NCBI RefSeq assembly: GCF_964188315.1
Contig: NC_135665.1
Coordinates: forward strand, 38,750,001 to 38,814,000
DNA: 64,000 nucleotides
Source of the DNA: Podarcis muralis
Lineage: Eukaryota
Direction: 5' to 3'
In this document: positions 1-14,000 of the stretch, piece by piece
Layout: each line of letters starts with the position of its first letter
How positions within the stretch are numbered: position 1 is the stretch's first letter
Notes under the pieces: generated by a model
What the model saw: only the letters and a program-made list of their open reading frames with translations
Told to the model about the DNA's origin: nothing
Database searches by the model: none
Program-made: the position numbers and the translations under genes

Positions 1-1889
1 GTACTGTTTGTTATGCTGATCAAAACATGGAAACACTCAAAATTTGGCAGGGCAGCCCTTTTCTTAAATAGCCTTACAGGTGATGGTTAGATTTCAAAAT
101 GTCAACTGAAACTCAGTTACACTCGGATATGACCCATTCAGTTTGTGAAAAGGAAATCTGGCAGACTTATTATTGCTGAAACACCACTGCCCAATCAAAA
201 AAGCCAAACATGAAGTTCTAAGTCCTGTAAAAATCTTTCTATACAGAATATTGACTACAGTATTATGTTGGATGGTAGAGGACATTTAGCCTCATGCACC
301 TTTCTTCCTAGAAGACACTAATGAACTCATGGATTTTGGAGATATAATAATGCAGGAAATTGTTGTAAAGGCAGATAAAAATCATACAATCTTGATCAGG
401 CATAATTCAGTAAGTTTTTGACAGTTTGAAGCAAATCACTTAAACACTGTTTATCTGTTAACTCCCAAACATAAGGAACAGATATAAAAAGAATGGCCTA
501 AAATCAGTTCTCAAAACCGGTAATTGCTTGCCCTCCACCAACTACAATTGCTTCCCTGCTTGAAGGTAAGGTGGATTTTGAGGAGCAGAAGGAACAAGGC
601 TATTTGGCTGGCCATTTGCCCTTGTTCTTGAAGGTGCTGGATAAACCCAAAATGATCAAGGGACTGCAGCAACTCCTCTATGATTAAAGGTTAAAGAGTT
701 TGGGTTATTTAGTTTAATTTAGATTAGAAAAAAAGCTAAATGGGGGGACATTCTGGAGATGAATGAAATTATGGATGCAGTATGGAAAGCAGATAGATGC
801 ATTTTTCACACACATATCATACTAGAACTGGGATGATCCAATAAATCTGATAAATACCTAAGGGCACTTGGGAAAGAACCAATGAAGGCAAATAATGACT
901 GAAAATGGGGGGAAAGGGAGAGAGATTAATTTTGCTTTCAACAAATCTCACTTTAGGTGTTACATATGAACCAGGAATCCTGCTTTATAGGCAATATTTA
1001 ACTAACCCATGGTTTGAAATTGATTTGTCTGTCTATTTTATAAACCACAAACCTATTTGTATATGACTGTAAGCTGAGATTCTGAACTTTTCTGCTGCCA
1101 TTGAGACTTGATGGCTACTATGCATGATAACATTACTACATCCAGTGTCAGAGGCCGTATATGTCTCTGAAAACCAGTTGCACAAGTGAGGAGAGCGCTT
1201 ATGTCCTGCTTGTGGGTTTCCGACAAGCATCTGGTTGACCACTGTAAAAACAGGATGCTGGACCAGATGGGACCTTTGGTGTCATCTCATTGATTCTCAA
1301 ATCTTATTTCAACTGAAGATTTATAGTATTTGAATGGCAGAGGCATGTAGTTTTAAAATGTTTTGGAGTTCTGTTTGATTAGTTTGTACTGAAAGATAGA
1401 ATCCAAAGTTGCACCTGATCTTGGGCAATTTGTCACTCCCCCTGCAGCTGCCTGTACCAGAGCCCATACAAGATACTGCTGTGGAGAGAAGGGCGTGGTC
1501 TTCTGCTCAGTCAGTATTGGAATAAATCCAATATCTATGGGTTCTGCATTATGTCCAAGTTGTATGAAACTGTATGTCTTTGGATTAAGGTGCATCTTTT
1601 CACTGAACTGTCAAACAGGTTGTACACTAAATGTACACAGGTTTCCTAGGTTGTAATTATTTTGGAAATATCTTTGGCCTTTTAGACAAGTTTTAGGATT
1701 CATCTTTTCCTCTTCAATCATTTTATTATATGACTAACCTTGGGTATGCTGATGAATTTCTGAACCAAGGAAAGGGAGAAGGTTATTAAAAGGATATGAA
1801 TACTGTAACTCTAAAGCTTGACACCTCTTTACTTAATGTTAGTAAATATGTCTAAACAGACTTGTGTTTTAGTTTTCTCTCATTCTTAC

Positions 1890-2066
1890 CTGCTTTGAGT
1901 TGGTTAAATATAATTTTGCTCCAAGATTTAAAATTTGCAGCTTCACAAGGTCATCTTCATCAGTGAAGCTCTTGGCCAGTTTTCTTAAAACATCAGGGGC
2001 TATTTTTGGAACTCGTTCACAGTATTCTCCAGTAAGCCAAAGAATGCTGGCCCTAGCCACGGGAAC
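1890..2066 (-). CDS. AP3B1: AP3B1 exon 15
   Basis: 177 nt; [59 protein letters not shown]; aag| and |gtaaga. Confidence 0.97.
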
Positions 2067-5000
2067 CTTAAAATAAAAAATGAGTAAACACACAATAATT
2101 TATGCATTTGTGAAATACATTTCCTCAATGGTATGTACGTTGGAAAAATTAAGATACTTGAAATAAAACCATGACAGTCAAACTAATGGTAAATTAGTAT
2201 CAAATGCATACTTAGGACTAGTATAAGGCACAAAAACAAGACCTTAATAACAAATACTCAGTTTTAAGAAGCCTTCACTTCACAAGAGAAATCCTAGCCG
2301 AGGAGCGGGTAAGCCTTCAGGTTTGCAGAATACTTGGTTATTTTACCAGACTCCAGACAGCCACGAACTGGATTGGGTGCAAAACCAAGGCAAAGGAAGG
2401 TGAGGGGCAGAAAGCCAGGCACATCATGGTGGTTCAGAGGGAACAGTCATTTTTACCTACTGTAGGTTTTGGGGGGGGCACTGCATGTACAAATACAGAT
2501 TTACAAAAGAATGACTAGAGATCAAGGTTTTTAACAGTATAATTTTGCTATTGGGAACAGAAGTCTTTTTGCTGTTGCCATTGTTAAACAACTGGGAATT
2601 GGAAACCACTGCCACTCTACCATGAGGCTTCTCAGTAGATTCTTGTCTAGTTCCTGCCCTAGTTCATCAGAAACTGTTGGATGAAAGACTCAATGTGTGA
2701 GTCTGATAACCTTCAATAATATGACAATTATGAATGGCACATGCATTTAGATTTGTTTGCTGGTTACATATAAAACCACAAAAAATGAGTTATGCATACC
2801 TATATGTACCACGAGAAAAATAATTTACACATACAGTTCATAACTGACATGTGAATACTTTGTACTCTGGTATCCAAACCCATATGCAAAACATATTGTA
2901 ACTGGGCACCCAGCATAAAAAAAACATCTTCATGCTACTAACAAGATTCTAAATATTGGGAAATGTTAACATGCTCGCTTTACAATGTAACTTTTTTGTG
3001 TTTGATATGTTCCAACACCTGCTCTTCACAAGCCTCCTAAATAGTCCTATGCCAATCATATTACTCTTTTATCAAACCTTGGCTCTGTTGCCAACTCAGC
3101 TACCAATGCTAACAAAAAGAGCTGAAGAGTAGAACAGTACAGTGGTACCTCGGGTTAAGTACTTAATTCTTTCCGGAGGTCCGTTCTTAACCTGAAACTG
3201 TTCTTAACCTGAAGCACCACTTTAGCTAATGGGTCCTCCTGCTGCCGTCGGAGCACGATTTCTGTTCTCACCCTGAAGCAAAGTTCTTAATCCGAGGTAC
3301 TATTTCTGGGTTAGCGGAATCTGTAACCTGAAGCATATGTAACCCGAGGTACCACTGTATAGTGGTACCTCCGGTTACGAACTTAATTCATTCCAGAGGT
3401 CCGTTCTTATCCTGAAACCGTTCTTAACATGAGGCGTGCTTTCGCTAATGGGGCCTCCCACTGCGTGCCTGCCTCTAGCGCACGATTTCCACTCGCTTCC
3501 AGGAGCACCTACTTCTGGGTTAGCAAAGCTCATTACCCGAAGCGTTCGTAAGAAGGACGGTACATAACGAGAGGCATTACTGTAGTAAACAATGATGCTT
3601 CATTTATCATGTTCATATTACTCCTCAACAGGAGGGCAGCAATACTTTAGATTGACCAGTTGAACATTGTTGCCATCCAGAAATGTTGAGCTTCAGCCCC
3701 TTCTAGAGTGGCCAATGCTTGGACTATAATTCCCATCATCCATAACAATACCTGGAGGGCTACAGGTTTCCTTCCAACTAGGATCACAAGATGGTGATTA
3801 AATTGCTATTACTGGACAAGCTAACTAGGATGGCTCATACTATGAGGCAAAGTTGTCATGCCATAGATGTAATATTTTAGAAACTGCAACTGCTTTTTTA
3901 CGCTACTTTGCCATACCTTTGGGATACTCACTTTGATTCTTCTCAGTAAATGATTAAGGCTTCATCATGTACATTTTACGTATCTATGTGCATGTTCTGA
4001 ATCACCACAAATACAAGATCTATGGGCATCATATATTTAAGCACTAGTCTGGTTACCACAGTCCAAAAGAGATCATATGAAGGTGAATGAGCAGGCTGAC
4101 AGGAGAGGGATGGAGCGCTCTGTCCGTCTTGTGCATGCAGAAAAGAAAAGCAACAGGCTACTGCATGAAGAACTTCTCCATCCCTCCTCTGCAAGCCCTT
4201 AGCTGGCTAGTATTTTTTTTAAGGGTGGAGCAAAGCTAGTACCTTTTATGATCTTGTTTACAAAACTGGCCTACGAATTTCTGTGAGATGGATAGATGTC
4301 AATTCACCCTCAAAATTATGTTCCAAGTAGCATGTATTTCAAGCATGTTAGCATATTTTATTATGGCTCCTCCTAGCTCACTTTTTCTCAAATTCAAAAC
4401 AGAGATGGCATGTTCAAGTTAACCAAAAGAAAATGCAATCTACTACATTCCTAATCTACCTAACCATTTATTTGATTGATAAGGTAACTACTACTAAATT
4501 ATTTGTCATCTATCAGAGAAAGTGAGGATGCAAGCAAGAGAAAGTTAGTATACAAATGTTAGAATATACTGATAACACAAACATGACTGGCTTAACCATG
4601 ATATAGAGAGATACAAAACTAGAATATGCACACAAATATTCTTTTATTGACATCTTACATCCATGCAATCATCTGTGAAATAGTAACCTGCATTTTAAAA
4701 CACATGTAAGTTTAAAATGAAGTATTCCAATGCTCAAGAGCTGCAGTGTAGTAGGATCTAACTGGATTGGTCCCTTGAATTTAAATTACCTATATATCAA
4801 GAAATAACTAACTAAAAAAGGTCTCCTTTCCAGTCTTCCACATCTCATCTTTCCCTTGCCCCAAGGGCAACACTATTTGGAGATATTGATTTACATGAAT
4901 CTTTGAATCTTGGTTGTTGTAGGACAGTTAATATATTCCTGTGCATGACTCAAAACACATAAAGGTCCAGTAGCTCACCCACTATTTTAGTTCATTGGAT

Positions 5001-8000
5001 CTATTTTAACTTACATTAATATCCTGAGTTATTCTCAAGTAAAAAACCTCAGTATTTTTTAAAAAGAAGAAGAAAGGTTTGCTTAACTCTTGGTCATCAG
5101 ACGAAACATAAATGCCCATTTCACTATTTGTCTGTTTACTTCTAGTGGAAAGGTTTTCATGATTTATGAATTCTCTTGCCCCATGAACATGAGGAACAGA
5201 TGTAAATTCTCAAGTGACCTTAAGTGTCATACAGAATGTGCTCTCTAAAGTTTGTGGGACCTAAGTCATCTAGTATGATAATCTTCAACTGGTGAAACTG
5301 GGACCCAAGCTAGGTTACAACAATAGCACTACTACCATTCAAATTTAAAGCAAATAATTAAGAAATGGATCACCAAATGCATGTTTGCGTTATAACTGAG
5401 TCTGCTCTAGGAGGCTATAATGAGAAACACAGCTGTGAATTATTGTCTAAGGCTCCAGGAAAATAGCCCTGAATGCTGATATATCCTGCAACCCACCACC
5501 TCTGGTCCATTTATGCCAAGATATAAGCCAGTTTGCTTCTGCACTGATGCATTCTGCATCAACCACAACCTTTAAACAGTCTTCAAGGTCAGCCTCAACT
5601 TGAGGCTCCAGAAGAGTGAGGAATACCATTACCAGAAAAACCACTGGGATCTGTTTTGTGCTGTATATAGCTATGAAAGGGAAAGGCCATTTAAAGTCCA
5701 TTAACTACTCAAAGAGCACCATAAACAGTTTTTTAAAAAAAACAAAACAGATCATCAGCTTCTTATAGCAAAATTCAAGCTTAAACTGTAGTAGGAAAAA
5801 CCACTGGGCCCATCACCTCCTGGCAAATAGGGGAAGAAATGGAGGCAGTGAGACATTTTACTTTCTTGGGCTCCATGATCACTGCAGATGGTGACAGCAG
5901 TCATGAAATTAAAAGACGCCTGATCGCCGAAGAATGGATGCTTTTGAATTATGGTGCTGGAGGAGACTCTTGAGAGTCCCATGGACTGCAAGAAGATCAA
6001 ACCTATCCATTCTTAAGGAAATCAGCCCTGAGTGCTCACTGGAAAAACAGATCCTGAAGCTGAGGCTCCGATACTTTGGCCACCTCATGAGAAGAGAAGA
6101 CAATGTGGGGAAAAACCCTGATGTTGGGAAAGAGAAGGGGACGACAGAGGACGAGATGGTTGGATAGTGTTCTCAAAGCTAGCAGCATGAGTTTGACCAA
6201 ACTGTGGGAGGCAGTGGAAGACAGGAGTGTCTGGCGTGCTCTGGTCCATGGGGTCACGAAGAGTCGGACACGACTAAATGACTAAACAACAACAACAAAG
6301 ATTAGAAAGCGGGCCTTTAAGTTTTACTGGCCAGTCCTGTGAAACACCCTGCAAACAGAGATTCAGAAGGCACCTTCGGTGTCAACACCTGCTGAAATTT
6401 TTTTGGGTCCTCCATATCTATGCAGGCAATTAAGAGTACATCCCCCACAATGGACTATTAATGTTTGTTTTTAATTTATTTTTGTTTTCAACTTGCTTTT
6501 AACTTTTTATGACGTTAGTGTATGATTTTATATTTTTATATTGTTGTAAACTGCTGTGATAGATTTTTTTAAAATGCAGCAGTATATAAAGAAAGAATAA
6601 TTTTTAAAATTGTATGAATGGCAACAAGCAAGACTTCTTTAGAGATATTGTCACTAGAAAACATTCTGAGCTATACATCTCATTAGGACTACCTTTCACC
6701 CTCCCAGCTAGGAAGGAGGGCTAATGAGTCTAACATGCTCTAGAAAAAGTCAGCAGCTCCCCTGGTAAAATCTGACAAAGAACATCCTCTTGAAGGTAAG
6801 GGATGAACTACTTGAACAGTTACTGGCATAATTATCCTGTCCAATAAAGCCTAATGAGTACTAGCCTTTGTTTCATTTCTCTAAGGATGTCCCAAGATGA
6901 TGCAGAAAACCAGATACCAATTGATTATTTCCACAGGTTCACTAATCTTGACTTACTTTGTGCTCTCAAAGTGTCTTTTGTCATGGAGTTCCCTACTTGA
7001 CCAGTAATAACCTGAGCTTCTTGTTCTAGAAAGGAACCACCTCTTTACTTCACATAATGTGCTTGGTTACTATACGCATGACATCCCATTACAATACAGA
7101 CAGATACCCTATGGTATTTCATTCTATACTTCATACAGCTGCACAGATGAAAATGTCCATAACTAAAGACCCTAATGCATTCTACTTAAACTAGATCCCA
7201 ACAAAGCATTATGGAAAAACTGAATTATTAGTCTAATTCAGAATATAAAGTACAATTCTATGACAACAGCATTTTAATTTTGAAACCTCCAGTGACAAAG
7301 TGAAAAGATGCACTGAACATCTATTATGCAAGAAAAGTTTTAAATGCTTGAGTACATTTGCTGAATGAAATGTGGTTAAGACTGATGTCATTAGTATACA
7401 GTGGGAAAGGGGTTATTTCTAACGTTCCAAAGGTTACGCTGCATACCTTACTCCCAAACTATTATTTTAAATTGGACTAAAGAATAGTAATTGAGTGGTA
7501 CATTAAATTTTCAAGTATAGGAGAAGTTCAAGCTGCCTGCAGAACTGACAGATACTTCTAAATAAGAATATATGGGTAACTTCAGTTTTCAGTTATGATA
7601 AATTATCTAAAGAAATCTCTATTATCCACTTGTGTTTAAATGTTACAGTAGTACCAGATGTTACACATGGCCACAGTTTATACTAAAGACAGAAGTCTCC
7701 AGTCAAGGGGAGGAACATAATAAGAACCCTGACAGATATGACCAAATATCCATCTGGTCTCACAAATGCACACACTCCTTAGTTAGGGCTGCAGAAGGTT
7801 TCAGAGATATGTTCTTCACAGGCTTTAACTGTATATGAGATTGTGCAGAAATCATTAAGAACATAAAGCTTCATATATTCATTTATACAAATATATTTAT
7901 ATGAATACCTCCTAATGTAGCAAGAAAATGCAGCTTTATGAAAGAGTTTTTTCATTTGGCCTAGGCTACACAGTCACTATGTAAACATTAAGGGATGGAT

Positions 8001-11000
8001 CTGGACTGAGGCTACAATCCTATCTGCACTTACCTGGGAGTAAGTCCCACTGAATTTAATGGGGCTGACTATAGACTTGTTAGATTAGCTGAAGTTACAC
8101 TCCCTAAGAATTTTGCACAACAAAGGCTATCTGTCAAATCTATGGCCGTGTAGATCATTATAATAGAAGATATATACAGAATTGATAAACATATCTGACT
8201 ATTTTGATAATGTTGGTATCATGTAGCATTTCCAGATTTCATTGTGCCCAATCCCTTGAACATGTAAATGTTTGCATATAATCTTGGAATCCTTCTGTCA
8301 TCACATTTTATATAAAGGTGATTAACCTGTGGCCCAGCAGATGTTGTTGGACTCACGACTCCAATTAGCCCCAGCCAGCATGGCCAATGGTCAGAAATAC
8401 AGGAGCTGTAGTTCAGTGATACTTGTGTGGCCAAATGTTAGTCAACCCTCATTAAGAAGTTCACAAGCAGATAAGAAGATATGTCAAAGCCTTCATTGTC
8501 TTTTCCAGTGTTGTATAAGTGGGAGCCTTGAACTTATAAGAACACAGGAAATAATGGATTCATTATATAGCTCTGCATTGCATTATCCTCAAAGGCCGAA
8601 CAGGATTGTAAATTGCATTGCCTGATATTTTATTCCACATAGCATGAGCAAGTGGTTAAGTGCACTTTTCAAACCTTTATGTCAGAAAGCAGCTTTTGCT
8701 ACCATTTGAACCCATTAACTTGTCTGCAAAAACAAACAAAAACAACGAGGCCTTGGTTTTTTAGAGCAGTTACAAGACAGACATCTAGAAAGATTTTATA
8801 AATCATTCTGTAAGCAGTTCCATTTGAAAGCTGTGGTACTTCAAAAGCTCATCTTATTTATGATACACACCTCTGGATAACACACAATATAATTTTGATT
8901 TTTCAAGTCTAAAGTTTATCACATAAAAACATCCAATATACTTCATGTTTTAGCTGAGAGATGGTAGCGACCCCACAGGATCTCAGGTAAAAAACTGGAA
9001 TTAACTTAATACCCTCAGGTATACATTTTTCCTACTATAAACAGGGTCTAAGTTTTTAATGTTCAAGTCTTAAACAACTGAATCATCCTACCTGGTAATC
9101 CTGCTTTGGTTTGATAAAACTGGAAGATTTCCTGGGTTAAATTTAATGTGATTCTTCCACACAATAGTGTAGTTTACACTAAGGTTACCAGACGTCCCCA
9201 TTTCCTGGGGACAGTCCCCAGATTTACAAATCTGTCCCCATACAAAATCAATTGAAGTTGAAAAGTGTCCCCGGATTCATTGAAAAAAATCTGGTAAACC
9301 TTAGTTTACACCCAGCAGATTCTAACCCTATAACTACCACCCAGAATGAGGCTACTATGACTTAACCAAACAGATCTGAACTATGGTGATGCTATTATGG
9401 CATAAGAAACTGGCTTAAATTTACACACACACATACACGCATTTTAAAAATTATTTACTTGTATTAAAAATGGTGATTTAAGGCTTTACTCCACAAACAT
9501 ATCCACAAATATAGTCAAGACACACTTTGCACCCACACACTACATCCCAATATTTCTGTGTCAATTCTTGATTCCCTAGTTACTTTGGATAACTAAGAGG
9601 CAGAATGGAATAAATACTCACGGTAATACTGTCCAAGAGCTTGGCCATGCGCTTTATTATTTCGCCATGGTGTGCTGGCTGTGTCTGCAGCAGTTTCTTA
9701 ATTACAACAACACTTTCAGCAACTACTATTTCTGGTAAAGACAAAGACAATAATAATTTTAAAAGAGGAAAATATTCACATAAAATCAATATCATTTAAC
9801 ATTTATCATTTATCATTTAAATCATTAAAGTATTTAGATGTTTTGAAAATATACTTTATACTTTTGAAAATATACTTTGTAAAATCAATACAATAATTTT
9901 GTGTCAGATGCAGATCACTTTCCAAATTTTAACAGATGTCTGTCAAGCAAAATAAAACCATAAAGAGAAGAGGCTTGGCATTCAAAATCTTTAAAGTCTT
10001 ATTTTCTAGAGCTATGTGTGTTTTACTACTCTTAGTATTTCTATCTTTGATATATGTGAAGCTCTGATAAAACAGATCTTGAGAAACATACAAAGCAATA
10101 GCCATAATCTTAGCTTTGTAATTGCCCGAAAAACTGCAAATATGTTTCGAAACCAAGTCATATTGATTTAGGTAAGCAATGTTCTGAAAATTCTTTTCAT
10201 CAATTTAGCATCTAATTGTGTAATATCCTTTTCCCTGGTTCTAAAAAATAAAGCACACATGCCATTTAGAGTATACTGATGCTCAGGATGTTTGAAATAA
10301 TAGAGCTAAATAAAGGTGGTAGTTCAAAGATTTACAGGGATGTTATGCAACAAAGTACTTTATTGAACAAGGAATATTAAAAGCTTGATTGAACTAACAT
10401 ACGTTTATAAAAACTAGTAAATCAATCACATTAATGCCAATTCTTAGCCAGGAATTACACTGAAAAGAAAAGGGCAAACCTGACCAAATGTACTATGTTC
10501 TTGCTGCAGCCTAATAGGAAAAGCAAGACATTTTATTCAATCTTCCTTCCACTAAACCACATTTAAGTGTGACGAGAACAAGCCACAGTGAACCGTGGGT
10601 TTGCACACACTGACACAGCTACGTTTGGAAGCTTCTGCTTATGATTTCCATTAACAGTTTAACAAATTGCCTGAACACTAAAGTATAGTTAATGTTAACT
10701 GTTGTTGTTTACACAAGCCAGCTTCATAACCTATGGTTTTAAGTTACTAATCACAGGCAAGCCATATTTCAACCAAATCATATTTAAGATTAAGCACAGT
10801 CTGTCAGGTTGGACTCCACAGCTGCAGTTAATCTAAACCAGAAGCAAGAGCTTCTGAACTCCTCCTTATAGCTGAACCAGAGGGGGAGGGGACAGGAATA
10901 TTGGGAGGGAATGTCTTGCCTTGCAGAAGTCTTGCTGTGGCACATTCTTGTACCCATGAATCCATGGCTTATGCATGATGTCCTAACTACTAATCATCTA

Positions 11001-14000
11001 AGCTTTTACACCGCTTTCTAGCAAGCATCAGTTAATAATGCCCAATGTTCTCAAAGTCTATCATTTGTATTCTTTACTTCAGGGATGGGGAACCACTGAC
11101 CCTCCACATGTTGCTGAAATCCAACTCCCATCAGCTCCATTACCAGAAAGGTTTTGCTGCGTGGACTGCAGCATCAAATCCCCAAATGAGCTTACTCCAT
11201 CAGACATTACTAATAGAACATTGAAATTTCTTTCTGTCTACCTTTAGAACACACTTTAAAGCTACTGAAGGTATCATGTGCCAGGAATAAAATTTATCCT
11301 ATATTATTTGTTTGCAGACTATAACCCTTTAGACACTATCTTTTTTATTTTCCAGAGAAAGAGAAACAACAATTGGTCTTACCTGAAGTGGAGATTTAAG
11401 ACTGGAACGCTGTAGACAATGGAGTGGGTACATCTCTTGTCAGCTGGCTTCCTCAGTTTTTCAGATTTGCCAAGCAGCCAGGCACTGACAGAGCCACTGA
11501 AACAAAAACCAATCCTATCTGCCTACTTCCGCCTTCCTGGCTCAGGAAGAAAAGTGAAGGGGGGGGGGGAGGCACAGAATTGAAAGACTAAACATAGAGA
11601 AGTGCATGACAGAGCAGCATAGGGTGGGGTCCATGGTCTATGGCATTCCAGTCTTAAATCTCCACGTCAGGTAAGACCAATTGTTTTATTTACTTCCTGG
11701 AATGCTGCAGCCAATTGAGTGGAACATGCCACAGCGGAGAAAAATATGGGCGGGTCCCAGCTCTGCAGATGCACCAACTATAGAACTTGGTGGAGGACAG
11801 TATGACCAAAGGCCACATCACATTGGTTCAATGTATAATGTTTGGAAAAAGTACTAAAAGATGACCAAATGGCCACTTCACAAATATCCAGCAAGGAAGC
11901 AATGGCCAAGAAAGCTGCAGATCAGGTGGCGGCAGACCTGGTTGAATGAGCTAATACCTGCGTTGCCCGGGGCAAATTGAGGGAATCATAGGCCAGGAAA
12001 ATACAGACCCTAATCCACCTCATTAAGGTTGTACTAGTGACCTTGGCCCCTTAGGTAGAAGGATGAAAGGATACAAATAAGGAATCTGTCTTCTGGAAGG
12101 GTTTCGTTCGGTGAATGTAAACTTTGAGAGCTGTCCAAGGAATACCACACCTTTTCCTTCATTCCTTCTGAAGGTGCTTTCCAGATTTCATGTCCAACAG
12201 GAGTTGGTTCTTCCCACCTTTTTCCCTAGCCCAAAATATCCGAAGGAAAAGGTGTGGTATTCCTTGGATGTCCGCACAGCTCTCAAAGTTTACACTGAGG
12301 GTCTGGATGGAGAAGTGGTCCCTGCTGCAATAGGGTGGGTGATACTGGAAGATGGAAGGGCGGAGCCACTGACAGAGTTTGAAGCTCCAACAACCACGGT
12401 CTTTGGGGCCAGAAGGGGGTTAGAAGCACCACTCGAGCCTTTTCCCATCTGATTTTGTGAAGAACTCAAGGAAGAATTGATTGCGGGGGAAAGGCTTAGA
12501 GCTGGCCTTGAGGCTACGGGGCGATTAGGGGATCCCATGCTTCTGCTTGAGGGTCGTGGAACCTTGAATAATAACGTGGCAGTTGGGGACTGGCTTTGCT
12601 CGCAAATAGATCCACTTGGAACAGACCCCAGAGAACTTGATGGAATATTTGTCTGGCTAGCATCCACTCTCCAGGGTCCAGATGTTTGCGGCTCAACCAA
12701 TCTGCCTGATAGTTGTCATCTTCGGCAATATGTTCCGCTGATAGGGAGAGCAGATGGTATTCATCCCAGTTAAAGAGACAAGCGGCTTCCATCTGAAGAG
12801 TGACAGATCGAGTGCCACCTTGATGGGTGATACGGGATTTCGCCATGGAATTGTCGGTCTGTATCAGGACGTGGTGTGGACAGAACCACCAAGCAAAGTG
12901 AATGATTGATAGTCTGGCCACCCGCAATTCCAGCCAGTTGATGGAGTGAAATTTTTCTAGATCCATCCAGAGACCTTGGATGAACTGGTTCCAGCAGTGG
13001 ACTCTCCAATGCTGGAGGCTCACATCCATGATAATCAGAGTTGTGAAAGGGGAAAAGCGTCTTCTTGGCCTTCTATCCTGCCTTTGACTAATAAGAATTT
13101 TCCTCTTATCCCTTGATTCTATCAGGACATCTTTTAGTGCCCCGTCTCCAAAAAGCTGACTGCCCGAAGAAGAAGAAGAAGAAGAGTTTGGATTTGATAT
13201 CCCGCTTTATCACTACCCGAAGGAGTCTCAAAGCGGCTAACAATCTCCTTTCCCTTCCTCCCCCACAACAAACACTCTGTGAGGTGAGTGGGGCTGAGAG
13301 ACTTCAGAGAAGTGTGACTGGCCCAAGGTCACCCAGCAGCTGCATGTGGAGGAGCGGGGAATCGAACCCGGTTCCCCAGATTACGAGACTACCGCTCTTA
13401 ACCACTACACCACACTGGCTCTTCTCCGAGAAGGGAACGGTGGAAAGATTCACCTTAGATGCTGTATCAGCATTCCAATTTTTTAACCAAAGAGTGTCTC
13501 TAGCTGCTACTTGGGATGACATTGCTGTAGCTGCAAATTGCATAGAGTCCATAGTAAAAGGTGAAGGTAAAGGTAAAGGTACCCCTGCCCGTACGGGCCA
13601 GTCGTGACCGACTCTAGGGTTGTGCGCTCATCTCACTTAAGAGACCGGGAGCCGGCACTGTCCGAAGACACTTCCGGGTCACGTGGCCAGCGTGACAAAG
13701 CTGCACTGGTGAGCCAGCACCAGTGCCGCACACGGAAACGCCGTTTACCTTCCCGCTATAAAGCGGTACCTATTTATCTACTTGCACTTAGGGGTGCTTT
13801 CGAACTGCTAGGTGGGCAGGAGCTGGGACCGAACGACGGGAGCTGACTCCGCCGCGGGGATTCGAACCGCCGACCTTACGATCAGCAAGTCCTAGGCACT
13901 GAGGTTTTACCCACAGCGCCACCCGCGTCCCTAGAGTCCATAGTGGCATCTGCCATAAAGGCCTGAGCTTTCAAGAGTTTAGAGAAAGTTTGGTATTGTT

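Noticed and set aside
1-1889. Search for AP3B1 exon 16 (TKLLTQY...)
   Set aside because: Not found; it presumably lies left of the window. Only degraded repeat-like fragments (about 650-760, 1180-1300) that I cannot classify confidently.
10560-10985. Possible old palindromic DNA-transposon relic
   Set aside because: No clean TIR or TSD could be established. Likewise for short CAATCC...GGATTG-type relics at about 8010, 32380, 41440 and 60740.
13168-13931. tRNA-like A/B boxes
   Set aside because: These are SINE heads with TSDs and tails, not tRNA genes (same for 45100-45160).
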